Part shown: piece by piece, positions 48,237 through 58,405 of the stretch
Position numbering within the stretch: position 1 is the first letter of the stretch
Layout: each line of letters begins with the position of its first letter
DNA from: a virus
Direction: 5' to 3' (one strand)
Length of the DNA: 64,000 nucleotides
Virus record (IMG/VR): IMGVR_UViG_3300020200_000014
Location: 1-64,000 of that record
The notes under the pieces: generated by a model
What the model was told of the DNA's origin: nothing
Database searches by the model: none
What the model saw: the letters and a program-made list of their open reading frames with translations, nothing else
Program-made: the position numbers and the translations under genes

Positions 48237-49071
48237 AGATAAAATACTTAAAAATAATTTTGGCAAAATGTCTCGCAAAGAAATAATAAAAAAATTGCCT
48301 AATAGAACTGTTTGCGCAATATCTTATCGAGCTAAAGTTATTGGATGTGAAAAATATTCCCATGAAAAAAGAGGATTTTTAACAAGAGGCAAAAATAGGA
48401 AATATAATATAGATTTTAATTTTTTCGAAAAAATTAACGAAATAAATTCATATTGGGCAGGTTTCATTGCTGCTGATGGTTGTATTAAAACTAAAAGAAG
48501 AGAAATTGTAATAGGAATAAGTGAAAAAGACAAAAAACATTTAGAATTATTTTCTATTTATTTAAAATACAACGGTTCATTGATTAAAGTGCCTAAAAAA
48601 AAATCAAAAGCAATCAACGGAAAGCCTATAAATTCTGGACCATCTGTGAGAATGGAATTGTATGGGGTCGAACGTCTTATAAATGGACTGAAAAAAAATT
48701 TCAACATAGAAGATAGAAAATCCTTAATTCTAAAACCTCCTGTAAATTTAAAAATTAAATATGCTTTGTGTTATATAGCTGGGTATCTTGATGGAGATGG
48801 GCATATCCATAAATATAAAAACAAAAATAACAAATATAGCGTTGGATTCATAGGAACTTTTGAAGTATTAAATTGGATAAAATCAACACTCGATATAATT
48901 GCACCTAATGAAGAAGGACAACACAAAGGTAAAGAGGCTAAAGTATTTACAAAAGGCAAGTATCCCAGATATCTTATAGGAGGCAAAAGAGTTTTCAAAT
49001 TGGCAAGAAAAATAAACAAGCTAAAATTACCATTATTAAAAAGAAAATGGGGGAAAATATTAACATCTTAG
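48160..49071 (+). CDS. double-motif LAGLIDADG homing endonuclease
   Basis: YWAGFIAADG and YIAGYLDGDG. Confidence 0.9.
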   Translation: MIKIFKFLERAVILKKIKKIKWAKSEDKILKNNFGKMSRKEIIKKLPNRTVCAISYRAKVIGCEKYSHEKRGFLTRGKNRKYNIDFNFFEKINEINSYWAGFIAADGCIKTKRREIVIGISEKDKKHLELFSIYLKYNGSLIKVPKKKSKAINGKPINSGPSVRMELYGVERLINGLKKNFNIEDRKSLILKPPVNLKIKYALCYIAGYLDGDGHIHKYKNKNNKYSVGFIGTFEVLNWIKSTLDIIAPNEEGQHKGKEAKVFTKGKYPRYLIGGKRVFKLARKINKLKLPLLKRKWGKILTS

Positions 49072-49328
49072 ATTATGTACAAAAGGGAGTTGCCCTTAAG
49101 AAATTTGCATATCAGTTACTTGAACAAAAGTATGGTACGCATCAAGAATTACTTGACAGAGTTAGTCATTATTTAGTTACAGACAAGGATGTAGAAGGTT
49201 TTACTAAATTACTAGCTGATGCATATGAAGTTGGTTATATGAAAGCTGTGAATGACTATCAGGATCAATTAGCCAAGTTAAATATTAAAGTGAAAATTAA
49301 TCAGAAAAATCTGGGTGGTAATCAGTAA
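49047..49328 (+). CDS. hypothetical protein
   Basis: 93 aa ORF. Confidence 0.6.
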   Translation: MGENINILDYVQKGVALKKFAYQLLEQKYGTHQELLDRVSHYLVTDKDVEGFTKLLADAYEVGYMKAVNDYQDQLAKLNIKVKINQKNLGGNQ

Positions 49329-49824
49329 TTGTAGCATAGACAAGATAACCATTATTTTCCGGTTTGGTTTCTTGTACTCTCCACCATTGCGTTTCTTGAT
49401 TTCTTGGATAAATTATTGATCCTTCTGATACTGCTTTTGTATTACACCATAAAATTATATAAACTTCCTTTGTTTCCCGTATAACACCTGGAAACTTAAA
49501 TTTTTTGCCATATCTAATTTTTTTGTGCATATCTTGTGTAAGTCCATCTTTATATTCCTTGAAACTAGCAGGAAGACACCATATTTCTGTAGAATTTGGT
49601 ATAAATTGTGTTTTTGTTACCACTTCTACTATTTCTTCTTTTATTTCTTTAGGTTCTTCCTTTCGTATCGGACTGATTGGTTTTGGCCTAATTTTAGGGT
49701 CTTTTTCAAATATGAGATTGCCTACCTTGTTATGTAAAATAAATTTACCCCAAAAAGTTTGCTCTGACATTAATGGATTTGGCCCAGATAATTTAAAATC
49801 TGTACCGTCTTTATTCTTTAGCAT
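49297..49824 (-). CDS. divergent paralog of the gp14-like head-closure protein
   Basis: MLKNKDGTDFKLSG vs MSIKNCDGTMYKVNG; GSIIYP..WWRVQ vs GSRLFTP..WEIIQ. Confidence 0.5.
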   Translation of the reverse strand: MLKNKDGTDFKLSGPNPLMSEQTFWGKFILHNKVGNLIFEKDPKIRPKPISPIRKEEPKEIKEEIVEVVTKTQFIPNSTEIWCLPASFKEYKDGLTQDMHKKIRYGKKFKFPGVIRETKEVYIILWCNTKAVSEGSIIYPRNQETQWWRVQETKPENNGYLVYATITDYHPDFSD

Positions 49825-50978
49825 GATTTTATTAACTCCATGCAATTTTTAGAAGGCTTGTTATTCTGAGATACGCTGTCGCAAATTTCTATAAATTTAT
49901 CATGTGATAGAAAGTTTTTCATTATATTAATATCTTTGTGTACCCATTGGACATTTCCTTTTATGTATCCTTTATTTGAATCGATTCGATCTAAACTAGC
50001 AGTATGATTTTTGCTATATCCTTTGGAAGTGAACAACAAAGGAATTCCAGTATAATTACATCTATTTTGTTGAGAAAGCAATAATTCATATGCATATTTA
50101 ATGTTAATGTTGAATTTAATATTTTTTCTATTAAGTCTTTCAGGCTGACCTTTACTTGAATTATTTTTAATTCTATTCCAAAATGAAATAGATATATTTC
50201 CTTGTCTCTCAAATAATGGCAAATTTTTATTATAATTTGAAACTAAAAAACACAAATCAATAAAATATTGTTCATCAAATGTAAACTTACATCTATTTAC
50301 AAATTTGTGTATCCATTGAATATTACCTTCGATATAGTCTTTAGAAGAATCTATCCTGTCTAAACTTGCGGTAATTTCTTTATAGTCAGGCCAATTTTTA
50401 TCTATAACTAAGTCCCAATTTGTTAAAGTACATTTTGCATTTTGAGATTCATATAATTCATAAGCATATTGCATAGAAATATTGAATTTAATATTTCTAT
50501 TTTTTGCATTATGTTTAATTGCATTCCATAAACTTCCACTTAATTTACCAATACCTTTCCAAGCTCCATTATACTTACCTTGGCAATAATATTTGCATCC
50601 TTTATGATGAATTCTATTTTTTAGTATTAATTTTGCTGAGACTTCTCCCACCCATCCACATTTACAGCTTGCTTTAATTCTCCATTTATTTTCTTTTCTT
50701 GAAATGTCGTAATAAGGCTCAGATTCTACTGTAAGAAACCCAAAAATATCTCCTTTTAATAATTTGGGTTTTTTGCGTCTACAAACTATACATTTTTGTA
50801 TGCCTCTCATTATATTGCTTAAGTCCAAGACGCCAATGGTTCTACATTTACATTCACAAACAACATACCACTTGCCTTTAAGTTCAAATTCACAACCTAA
50901 TATTTTAAATCCATTCGAATAATCTCCTGGTTTTGTATATTTAAATCTAGTTTTTATCATATTGTTGCAATATAACAA
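49818..50978 (-). CDS. HNH-like endonuclease with duplicated nuclease module
   Basis: ASLDRIDS.K.YI.GN(I/V)QW.HK twice; CECKC/CKCG N-terminal repeats. Confidence 0.8.
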   Translation of the reverse strand: MLYCNNMIKTRFKYTKPGDYSNGFKILGCEFELKGKWYVVCECKCRTIGVLDLSNIMRGIQKCIVCRRKKPKLLKGDIFGFLTVESEPYYDISRKENKWRIKASCKCGWVGEVSAKLILKNRIHHKGCKYYCQGKYNGAWKGIGKLSGSLWNAIKHNAKNRNIKFNISMQYAYELYESQNAKCTLTNWDLVIDKNWPDYKEITASLDRIDSSKDYIEGNIQWIHKFVNRCKFTFDEQYFIDLCFLVSNYNKNLPLFERQGNISISFWNRIKNNSSKGQPERLNRKNIKFNINIKYAYELLLSQQNRCNYTGIPLLFTSKGYSKNHTASLDRIDSNKGYIKGNVQWVHKDINIMKNFLSHDKFIEICDSVSQNNKPSKNCMELIKSC

Positions 50979-50990
50979 ATAAATACAAAT

Positions 50991-51554
50991 ATGTCAATAA
51001 AAAACTGTGATGGAACAATGTATAAAGTTAACGGTTCAATGACTTCTTTTGATCCTTTTTCACAAGAGCAAGAACTTTTTAACCAATGGGATGCAGAAAT
51101 AATACAATTCGGAGGATCGCCTATATTTTATTATGAATTGCTAATTCAACGTAATACAATTGACCCGTTATTAAGGGAAGATAGGGGCAAGATATATTCA
51201 ATCGATCCAGTATGTCTTTATACAATTTACGATCCAGTTCCGTCTCAAAATTATATGAATATGTATGGCATGGATAGCCCTGACGATATTAAATTTGAAC
51301 TTAATTATAGACAAGTGCTTAAGAAATTGGGGCATCCTCCAAAAATTGGTTCAAGATTGTTTACTCCTCATAAAAGAGAAAATTGGGAAATTATTCAAAG
51401 ATCATTAGGCGATTTTAAGTTTTGGAATGAAGGTTTGACATTAATTCTTATTTGTCAGAGATTTCAGGAAAGCACAACATCTAATGATGGCAATGCTACA
51501 CAATCTGTGCCTAAATATACAATTAATGGAAGTGAATTATTTACTCCTCCTTAG
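50991..51554 (+). CDS. head closure/neck protein (T4 gp14-like)
   Basis: EIIQFGG.PIFY, IDPLLRED, YGMD..D, PKIGS. Confidence 0.7.
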   Translation: MSIKNCDGTMYKVNGSMTSFDPFSQEQELFNQWDAEIIQFGGSPIFYYELLIQRNTIDPLLREDRGKIYSIDPVCLYTIYDPVPSQNYMNMYGMDSPDDIKFELNYRQVLKKLGHPPKIGSRLFTPHKRENWEIIQRSLGDFKFWNEGLTLILICQRFQESTTSNDGNATQSVPKYTINGSELFTPP

Positions 51555-52292
51555 GAAGATAGTCTTTTTTTTCTTAAGATGTTTATCTAGTTCTTTTTTG
51601 TTGGAAACACGACTTAGAACTTTATATTTGTCATCAAACATATTGCCTTTATGATCTTTCCAGGATTTTTCAGCAAATTTGCCTATATTTGCTTCTAATT
51701 CGCTTCTTTCTTTTGCTTCCTGTTCTGTCATTTCTTTGATTTTATATTCAATTTTTTTGGGCACTATAAGAATTTGTGCATAAGGATTGTTTTTCTTAAA
51801 TATATGGGTTTGTCCAGGAGCAGGTATTTTAAACACTATAAAAAATATTTTGGGCCACCATTCAGTTTGCAAATGTCCTGGAACAACACACGGCACTGAC
51901 CATGTTTGATCTGTAAAATAGCTTGGATGTGGTTCTAATCTTAAAACATATCCAGGTGGGACTTTTATATCTAAACATGAAGTAAAGCCATAAAAGCCAG
52001 GTGCAAAATTATCAAAAGGAGGCCATGCGTGACTTCCTGGCCTTTCTTTTTCCCAATCACCTTGCACTTTGGCCAATCCATTTTCATTAATTATGTGACA
52101 TTCTGTATCAAAAGGATATAAAAGTTCAAGTGCATATGTAGCACCATCTACGAAAGGAGGGCAATACCAAGGTTGAGGTTTATCGCCATCTTTATGTTCA
52201 TTATCTTCACCTGCCCAACCTGGAATCTTTAATTTAATAGGTTGTGGTGGTAAATACTTATACCAACCTCTATAAGTAATTTCAATTTCCAC
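51537..52292 (-). CDS. dUTPase-like-fold protein (DUF6065-like)
   Basis: CPPF, PPGY.L..PHP, PG.LQTEWW, PYAQI; probable GTG start. Confidence 0.5.
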   Translation of the reverse strand: MEIEITYRGWYKYLPPQPIKLKIPGWAGEDNEHKDGDKPQPWYCPPFVDGATYALELLYPFDTECHIINENGLAKVQGDWEKERPGSHAWPPFDNFAPGFYGFTSCLDIKVPPGYVLRLEPHPSYFTDQTWSVPCVVPGHLQTEWWPKIFFIVFKIPAPGQTHIFKKNNPYAQILIVPKKIEYKIKEMTEQEAKERSELEANIGKFAEKSWKDHKGNMFDDKYKVLSRVSNKKELDKHLKKKKTIFLRRSK

Positions 52293-52321
52293 ATTAATAT
52301 AATAGTACAAAGGAAAACCTT

Positions 52322-53245
52322 ATGACCAATATGAAAGATGTAAACAATGAAAAGTCATTGAACGACTGCATTGCTCCCATACAAACTAATTCTGACAATA
52401 TTGATCCAGTTCCACAACGTTGTGCTGATGATTGTTGGCCTAATCAAAAGAGAGTGGCAGAAACACCGGAGCAGGCATGGGAAGCACAACCTAGTTTAAA
52501 TAAACTTGGGATAGGGCAACAGGGCAATTGTGACCCTTTCATGACTGGTCAATCAATAAATGATTTAGATACACCTAGCAGGGAAATGCTTTATCGTACT
52601 TCTAACGCTTTGAGGGGTGCTGACGAAGCCATATGGGATTTGTTTAGAAATATTTATGTTAAAGACGAAAATGGCAAAGCCCATTTAGTACCTATTTTGC
52701 ATGCATCTCAAGAACGTGCTGTAGAGGCTATATTGCAGGATAACGTTAGGAAGGACGATTCTTTGGTGGTTGACAGAATTAGACTTCCTATTATGGCATT
52801 TTGGGCTAATGGTTATGCACCTGCAAGGGAAAGGTTCATGTATCAATGGGCTTATAGTACAGACCCAGGTATTGGTTTTACTATAAGGGAGAAGTTTGAG
52901 GAAGACACGGTATTTGGGGCTACAGTTGGTGTGCCAATAGATATAAATTATACTTTATATGTTTGGACCAAATATATCTACGATGCCCAACAGATTCTAG
53001 AAGCTGTGCGATTAAAATTTTCACCAGTTGCATACCTAAGAATAAGGGGGGTTTGGTGGGAGGTAATAGTTACTTTGGATAGCATAGGCAACAATATCGA
53101 TGTTGAGCCTGGTAATGAAAAGCCAAGAGTAATTAAATATGAATTCAAAATGACAGCGCAGTCTTACATTCCTCAACCATTGTTAAGAGTTAAAGGTAGA
53201 GCAGCGTTGCCAGATTGCGAAGCGTCTCCTTGCCCAGAAGTTTAA
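52322..53245 (+). CDS. tail terminator/sheath stabiliser (T4 gp15-like)
   Basis: VPI..ASQE, IRLPIMAF, VPIDINYTLYVWTKY..DAQQILE, YIPQP. Confidence 0.8.
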   Translation: MTNMKDVNNEKSLNDCIAPIQTNSDNIDPVPQRCADDCWPNQKRVAETPEQAWEAQPSLNKLGIGQQGNCDPFMTGQSINDLDTPSREMLYRTSNALRGADEAIWDLFRNIYVKDENGKAHLVPILHASQERAVEAILQDNVRKDDSLVVDRIRLPIMAFWANGYAPARERFMYQWAYSTDPGIGFTIREKFEEDTVFGATVGVPIDINYTLYVWTKYIYDAQQILEAVRLKFSPVAYLRIRGVWWEVIVTLDSIGNNIDVEPGNEKPRVIKYEFKMTAQSYIPQPLLRVKGRAALPDCEASPCPEV

Positions 53246-55152
53246 TGAAAAATTCAATTAATACTAATAATGTTCTTTTAATTGGTTTTGCTGAAAAGGG
53301 ACCGATTGAGACACCTATTTTGATTAAAGATTTAGATCAACTTAAATCAACTTTGGGTTTTCCTCATTCAGACTCTTATTTGTTTTATACAGCTGAGCAA
53401 TTATTGTCTTCAGAAGAGAATATTTATATTTATAGGGTTAATACTAAGGAAGAAACAGCTAATATTCCTGTTCCTGGCATGGATAATATAATAAAGATTC
53501 ATTCTAAAGTCCGTGGCCCTTATATTTTTAATACAAATCAATTTTTTAAATGGAAATTAAATGGTGTTCTTGCTAATAAACCTTTGGTTGTTTTGATGAC
53601 AGATAAGGATGGTATTAGTGCAAAACAATTAGCAGATGAGTTAAATGATCAATTAACGAGAAGGGACGGAATTGAATTTTATGTTCACGATGATGATTTT
53701 ATAGCTGTAAGGACTACAAACCCATTAAAAAACGAATTGGAATTAGTTTCTATTCAAAATTCCATGTGTGGGCCTTGGGGGTCGATTGGTTTTGGCTATG
53801 AAATGAAGCCAGCTATTAAAGTAAGTTCAAAAGATTATGTTTCTTTTAGTAATTGTGAGCATTTGTTCTTGCAAATCATAGTAAGTGGAAGTGGCTATGA
53901 AAATATAGATGGTAAAATACAAATAGTAAATTTAGATGAACTAGACAGAAGAAAAAATAGTGTAAACGACATAATTGATTATATTAACAAAGTAGAGATT
54001 CCTTCTTTGCCAGGAGGATGGACGGCTTTTAATTCAGAAGGAAAATTGGGATTTAAAACAACTTTTGCTGGAAAAGATGCATCTATACGCATTAGACCTA
54101 CAAAGCTATCTACAGTTCTTGGTTTCGACACCATAGAAGCTACAGGAAATAGCCCTAAAAATGATGCAATATTTTTGGGGTCCAAAAATTCAAGTGATGA
54201 GTCTTTTTTAGTTTATGCAGACAGTGCTGGAGAAGATGGAAATTCTACAAGAATAACAATAGTTAATGATGAAAACACTTTTAACATAAGTGTTTATAAC
54301 AAAGGATTGCTGGTTGAATCTTGGGGGCAATTAAGCAAGAATCCAAATGATAGATTTTACGTTGAATCTTTTATAAATTCATTTTCTAATTGGATAAGAA
54401 TTAAAGATAACGCTAAAAACAATACTTCACCCAAGAGTGGAACTTATAAGTTAATTTCCAATAAAAACATAAATTCTTTAGACAAGTCTTCAAAGAATGA
54501 TATTTTGCTTAAAAGCATAAAGAATATCTTTGAAAAAGAGAAGATATCATTTGATATCATTTGTGTTCCAGGGTTCTTTTCCCACGAAGTTGCTGAATGC
54601 TTAATTGCAGAATGTGAAAAGAGGCAAGATTGTTTGGCTATTATTGATACTGAGTTAGGATCAGAATTAGATTGCAATTTGAGTTCTAGCAATTATGGAG
54701 CGGTGTTTGGTCCTTGGGTAAAGGCGACTGATATTTATAACAAAACTAATATTTGGTTGCCGCCATCAGGAGTAGTGATATCGAACATATTAAGTTCTTT
54801 GCCATACAAGTTAATCCCTGGTATTCTTGATGTTTTCTCAGAAGAAACTTTTAGCTCTAATGTTAATCAGATTATTTTTTCCAAAAATAGCAGAAGCTTC
54901 ATGTTAAGAACTCAAAATGTTCTATCAGGCATCAGAATAAATGAAATAAAAAAATTAATAAATTTGAAAAAGCAATTGAATTTAGCTTTAAATAATGAAG
55001 AAATTAGCAAAAAATTATCCGAAGTTTACGGATATATATTGAAACAGTTGGATATTCGAGTTGAATGGATTAAATTAGAAATAGGTAAAAATTCAGCTAG
55101 TTTAATTTTTAAATGGATGGGAAGAGAATTTAGGTTAAATTTTAATATATAA
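53245..55152 (+). CDS. divergent tail sheath protein paralog
   Basis: IGFAEKGP, VESWGQLSK, ICVPG, CLAIID, YGAVFGPW, WLPPSG; C-terminal domain poorly conserved. Confidence 0.75.
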   Translation: MKNSINTNNVLLIGFAEKGPIETPILIKDLDQLKSTLGFPHSDSYLFYTAEQLLSSEENIYIYRVNTKEETANIPVPGMDNIIKIHSKVRGPYIFNTNQFFKWKLNGVLANKPLVVLMTDKDGISAKQLADELNDQLTRRDGIEFYVHDDDFIAVRTTNPLKNELELVSIQNSMCGPWGSIGFGYEMKPAIKVSSKDYVSFSNCEHLFLQIIVSGSGYENIDGKIQIVNLDELDRRKNSVNDIIDYINKVEIPSLPGGWTAFNSEGKLGFKTTFAGKDASIRIRPTKLSTVLGFDTIEATGNSPKNDAIFLGSKNSSDESFLVYADSAGEDGNSTRITIVNDENTFNISVYNKGLLVESWGQLSKNPNDRFYVESFINSFSNWIRIKDNAKNNTSPKSGTYKLISNKNINSLDKSSKNDILLKSIKNIFEKEKISFDIICVPGFFSHEVAECLIAECEKRQDCLAIIDTELGSELDCNLSSSNYGAVFGPWVKATDIYNKTNIWLPPSGVVISNILSSLPYKLIPGILDVFSEETFSSNVNQIIFSKNSRSFMLRTQNVLSGIRINEIKKLINLKKQLNLALNNEEISKKLSEVYGYILKQLDIRVEWIKLEIGKNSASLIFKWMGREFRLNFNI

Positions 55153-55166
55153 AAGAAAGGAAACAT

Positions 55167-55871
55167 ATGGAAATAAATTTTGACGATGCTCCTGGTATTC
55201 TCCAAAACTCTCCACAACCAATGGGTCTTGGCCCTATAGGAAACAGCGACAATATATTTAAGAGAAAATTTCGTTGGACAATGGAAATTGGGTATTGCAT
55301 TAAAGATATCGTGGTTGCCGGAGTCGTAGTGGACAAGGCACCATTGTATAGTATTCCAAAAACATTCGTTAAAGTTGGCGCTCGTCCACAGATAGATTTT
55401 GATGAAACCCAAATTGATTTCTTAAATGGTCGTATGTGGCTTCCAGGCAAGGGTGTTTTCCAAACAATGGCAGTTACTTACTATGATGTAACTACTGCTT
55501 CCTTAGCCAACAACTTATTTGGATGGATTGCATCTGTTTATAATATTTATGATCCATGTTATTTGCAAATGGGATCAAGAGTTGGCGATTACCAAGGCGT
55601 TGCGAAGCTTTATTTATATGATGGTTGCGGTAATGCACTTGAGGGCTGGATGTTGCAGAACGTTTGGCCACAATCAGTTAATTTTGGCGATTTAGACATG
55701 GGTTCTGATGAAGTTTGCACAGTAGAATTAACTTTGAGATACACTAACGTTCAATATTGCTCTTTCTGCCCGAATTCTACACCAAACTTCTGTGAATGCA
55801 CTGGTTGCCCATCTCCGTTGCCATCTAATTACGAACCTTGCACTGTCGATATTGTTGGGGATTGCACATAA
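55167..55871 (+). CDS. tail tube protein (T4 gp19-like)
   Basis: FKRKFRW, ARPQI.F.E, WLPGK, YDGCGN, WPQSVNFGDLD. Confidence 0.85.
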   Translation: MEINFDDAPGILQNSPQPMGLGPIGNSDNIFKRKFRWTMEIGYCIKDIVVAGVVVDKAPLYSIPKTFVKVGARPQIDFDETQIDFLNGRMWLPGKGVFQTMAVTYYDVTTASLANNLFGWIASVYNIYDPCYLQMGSRVGDYQGVAKLYLYDGCGNALEGWMLQNVWPQSVNFGDLDMGSDEVCTVELTLRYTNVQYCSFCPNSTPNFCECTGCPSPLPSNYEPCTVDIVGDCT

Positions 55872-55894
55872 TTATTTTACCAAAATTTACTATG

Positions 55895-55931
55895 AGAAGA
55901 GGCATAGCTACTATGTCTCTTCTTTTTTTTT
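55895..55931 (+). terminator. rho-independent terminator
   Basis: AGAAGAGGCATAG-cta-CTATGTCTCTTCT then T-run. Confidence 0.85.
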
Positions 55932-55939
55932 GGAGTTAT

Positions 55940-56632
55940 ATGGAAAAGATGAATTTTTTTGCTCATCCTGAGTGGAGTAGTGATGGAGTTGATTTAAATA
56001 ATCGAATTTGTATTAAGCAAAAGAATAGATGGAAATTTATAATTCCGTGTATTTCAGCAAATGGTGTTTCTTCATTACCTCCTGCAAAAGTAAGCAGACC
56101 GACATTATCATTTAAAGAAATAACTGCTGAACATTTAAATGAAACTATTTATTTCCCTTCCAAGCCTGATTTTAAGCCAATTTCTTTAACATTGTATGAT
56201 ATTAGAAAGCCAACAGAAAATCCTGTGTTTAGTTGGATAAAAAGAGTTTATAATCCGGCTGAATGTGCTTATTGGCGTCCTCCTTTGGGTGGTGGAACAG
56301 TAACCCCAGATTTGCCAAGTTTGAAATGCGCACAAGCATTTTTAGTTTATTTTGATGGATGCGGCAATATAATCGACAGATGGGTATTTGAACACATTTG
56401 GCCACAACAGGCAGAATTTGCAGAGGGAGACATGTCAGATTCTAATATTGTTTATTGTGATGTTACATTGAGGTTCGATAGAGCATATATTTGTCTTAAC
56501 GAAACATCTTTGCCTGATTTTGGGACACTACCATCTAATTTAAATTGTTCCGTGACATCTGGGTTTGCGATGGCAGATTATTCACCTGTGCCCGAACCAG
56601 AATTTATAACTATTAGAAATTTTCAAAATTGA
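55940..56632 (+). CDS. tail tube paralog (gp19-like)
   Basis: KQKNRW, SRPTLSFKE, FDGCGN, WPQQAEFAEGD, LRFDRA; start after GGAG. Confidence 0.8.
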   Translation: MEKMNFFAHPEWSSDGVDLNNRICIKQKNRWKFIIPCISANGVSSLPPAKVSRPTLSFKEITAEHLNETIYFPSKPDFKPISLTLYDIRKPTENPVFSWIKRVYNPAECAYWRPPLGGGTVTPDLPSLKCAQAFLVYFDGCGNIIDRWVFEHIWPQQAEFAEGDMSDSNIVYCDVTLRFDRAYICLNETSLPDFGTLPSNLNCSVTSGFAMADYSPVPEPEFITIRNFQN

Positions 56633-56656
56633 GGTATTTAGTTACTATTATACTAT

Positions 56657-56884
56657 ATGGGAAAAAGTCTAATTGAAGTGTTAGAGCAGCAAGAACTTAT
56701 ACAAAAATTGATAGACAATGGTTATGGGGAGTTAGTAGATGCTTTATTAAGTCATGAAGGCAGCACATTTACAAAGGGTGAAAGATTAAATAAAAGTGGC
56801 ACTTGTAGAGTTTTAGGTTGGAAAACCAAGAAACTAGAGGATACATTGGCTGCTTGTCGTAAAGTCTTAGAAAATGATTTTTAA
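56657..56884 (+). CDS. small HTH-like hypothetical protein
   Basis: RLNKSGTCRVLGWKTKKL. Confidence 0.6.
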   Translation: MGKSLIEVLEQQELIQKLIDNGYGELVDALLSHEGSTFTKGERLNKSGTCRVLGWKTKKLEDTLAACRKVLENDF

Positions 56885-57420
56885 GTATTGAAACGGTCTT
56901 TATTGTTAGAAATTTTAGATTTACCTTTGTTTTTGTGATTGACTAGTGCAGGTTCTTTAGCTTGTAAATGTACTCCAAACTTACGCTTAAATTCATTGTA
57001 ATTTTTAGCTCCTCTATATAACTGCCTGTAATGATTCAAAATACAGGTGGTCATGTAGTTGAATGCTTTTCCCTTTATTGGGTCGAAACGGTCTATTTTC
57101 TGCATGCAAATGATTACGAATTCCTGAATTGCTTCTTCTACTTCAACAAAGTTATATTTCCTATATCTGATGATGTTTTCTGCTAATTTGAAGAATGCAT
57201 TAATTAATTGTCCTTCTATATCTTCGTAATGTATACATAATATTCTATATTCTTCATTTTTTACGCTAATTATTTCATCTCTTTCAGGTGTAGCGTTTCT
57301 TTTTTGGGCTAATAATAAATCCTCTAATATTAGTTCGTATTTTACTTTATCTTGCTTGGATTGCTTAAACTTAGCAATATTAGCTTCAAAGAGTTTATTG
57401 TCTAAATAATGTGCCTTCAC
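56881..57420 (-). CDS. late sigma factor-like protein (T4 gp55-like)
   Basis: HYLDNK.F, LAENI, FDP.KGKAFNYMTT. Confidence 0.75.
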   Translation of the reverse strand: MKAHYLDNKLFEANIAKFKQSKQDKVKYELILEDLLLAQKRNATPERDEIISVKNEEYRILCIHYEDIEGQLINAFFKLAENIIRYRKYNFVEVEEAIQEFVIICMQKIDRFDPIKGKAFNYMTTCILNHYRQLYRGAKNYNEFKRKFGVHLQAKEPALVNHKNKGKSKISNNKDRFNT

Positions 57421-57435
57421 TTATTCCTTTATATT

Positions 57436-57612
57436 ATGAAAAACCTCTACGAAATATTAACTAATATAGTTATATGTCCAACAATCCCCAAAAATTACAG
57501 GGAATTAAAGGAATATTATTTAAATTATAAACTTACTAATGAATCTGAGGCTATAAGTCTTTTGGAGAAAAAGTATGGAATTAACAGTTCAGATTCTACA
57601 AAACCCGAATGA
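57436..57612 (+). CDS. small hypothetical protein
   Basis: ORF overlapping the next gene. Confidence 0.45.
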   Translation: MKNLYEILTNIVICPTIPKNYRELKEYYLNYKLTNESEAISLLEKKYGINSSDSTKPE

Positions 57613-58405
57613 ATCTGTAGATGAAACTATGAAATCATTGGATGGATTGCCAGTTAGAGTCACAAAGTTTAATTATGGTTTAGATAGAAGCAAATTAATC
57701 AATGATTCTGCTGCCAAGTCTAATACTGATTGGCAATTGTATCTGGATTCTTCGGAAGTTGTTGTATCTGGATTAGATAATTTACAGTTAGCAACCAGTC
57801 ATATTCAGCTATTGCAAGGTGAAATACTTACCAAACCCATTAGAATATGGAATAAAAATCAGCATAAATTCAAAAATCCAGTCTTCGAAACAATAGAAGG
57901 AGAGTCAGTTTTTTGTGATATGATTATTTACAAGAAGAAAAATGATGTCGAAACAGGTTTAGAAACTTGGAAAAAAACAAAAAACTTGTCTGTTGATTAT
58001 TATTATTATCAAGCTTTAACCAACTTAAAACACAAAAAAACAAAAGAATTTCTAAACTTAGCTGAATATTATCTTTTTAATTCAAAAGACATAATAAAGT
58101 CTACTATGTTGATATATTACATGGCTTTCATCAATCAAGACATTAACAATTTAATATTTTGTTTGTCTAATCACATATTGATGGCTGAGTTTTGGTGCCT
58201 TTTAGGAGATATTTCTTTCAAGAATAATCAGTTTATGAAAGCAATTGCCTTTTATCAGAATGCTATGATTTTAGGTGGAAGAAGACTAAAAGAGGATAAA
58301 TGGCCTATGCATATAACAAAATACAAGGAATATCCAGAAAAGATAATAAATGAAATAAAAGAAATTCAAAATAAATCTAGTTCATTTACAACCACAGTTA
58401 CTTGA
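57575..58405 (+). CDS. degenerate GT2-like domain plus TPR repeats
   Basis: TDWQLYLDSSE; AEFWCLLGD...KAIAFYQNA. Confidence 0.6.
   Translation: MELTVQILQNPNESVDETMKSLDGLPVRVTKFNYGLDRSKLINDSAAKSNTDWQLYLDSSEVVVSGLDNLQLATSHIQLLQGEILTKPIRIWNKNQHKFKNPVFETIEGESVFCDMIIYKKKNDVETGLETWKKTKNLSVDYYYYQALTNLKHKKTKEFLNLAEYYLFNSKDIIKSTMLIYYMAFINQDINNLIFCLSNHILMAEFWCLLGDISFKNNQFMKAIAFYQNAMILGGRRLKEDKWPMHITKYKEYPEKIINEIKEIQNKSSSFTTTVT

Noticed and set aside
55838-55939. N-terminal extension of the third tail-tube ORF given by the ORF track
   Set aside because: It spans a terminator hairpin; the SD-supported start is ATG 55940
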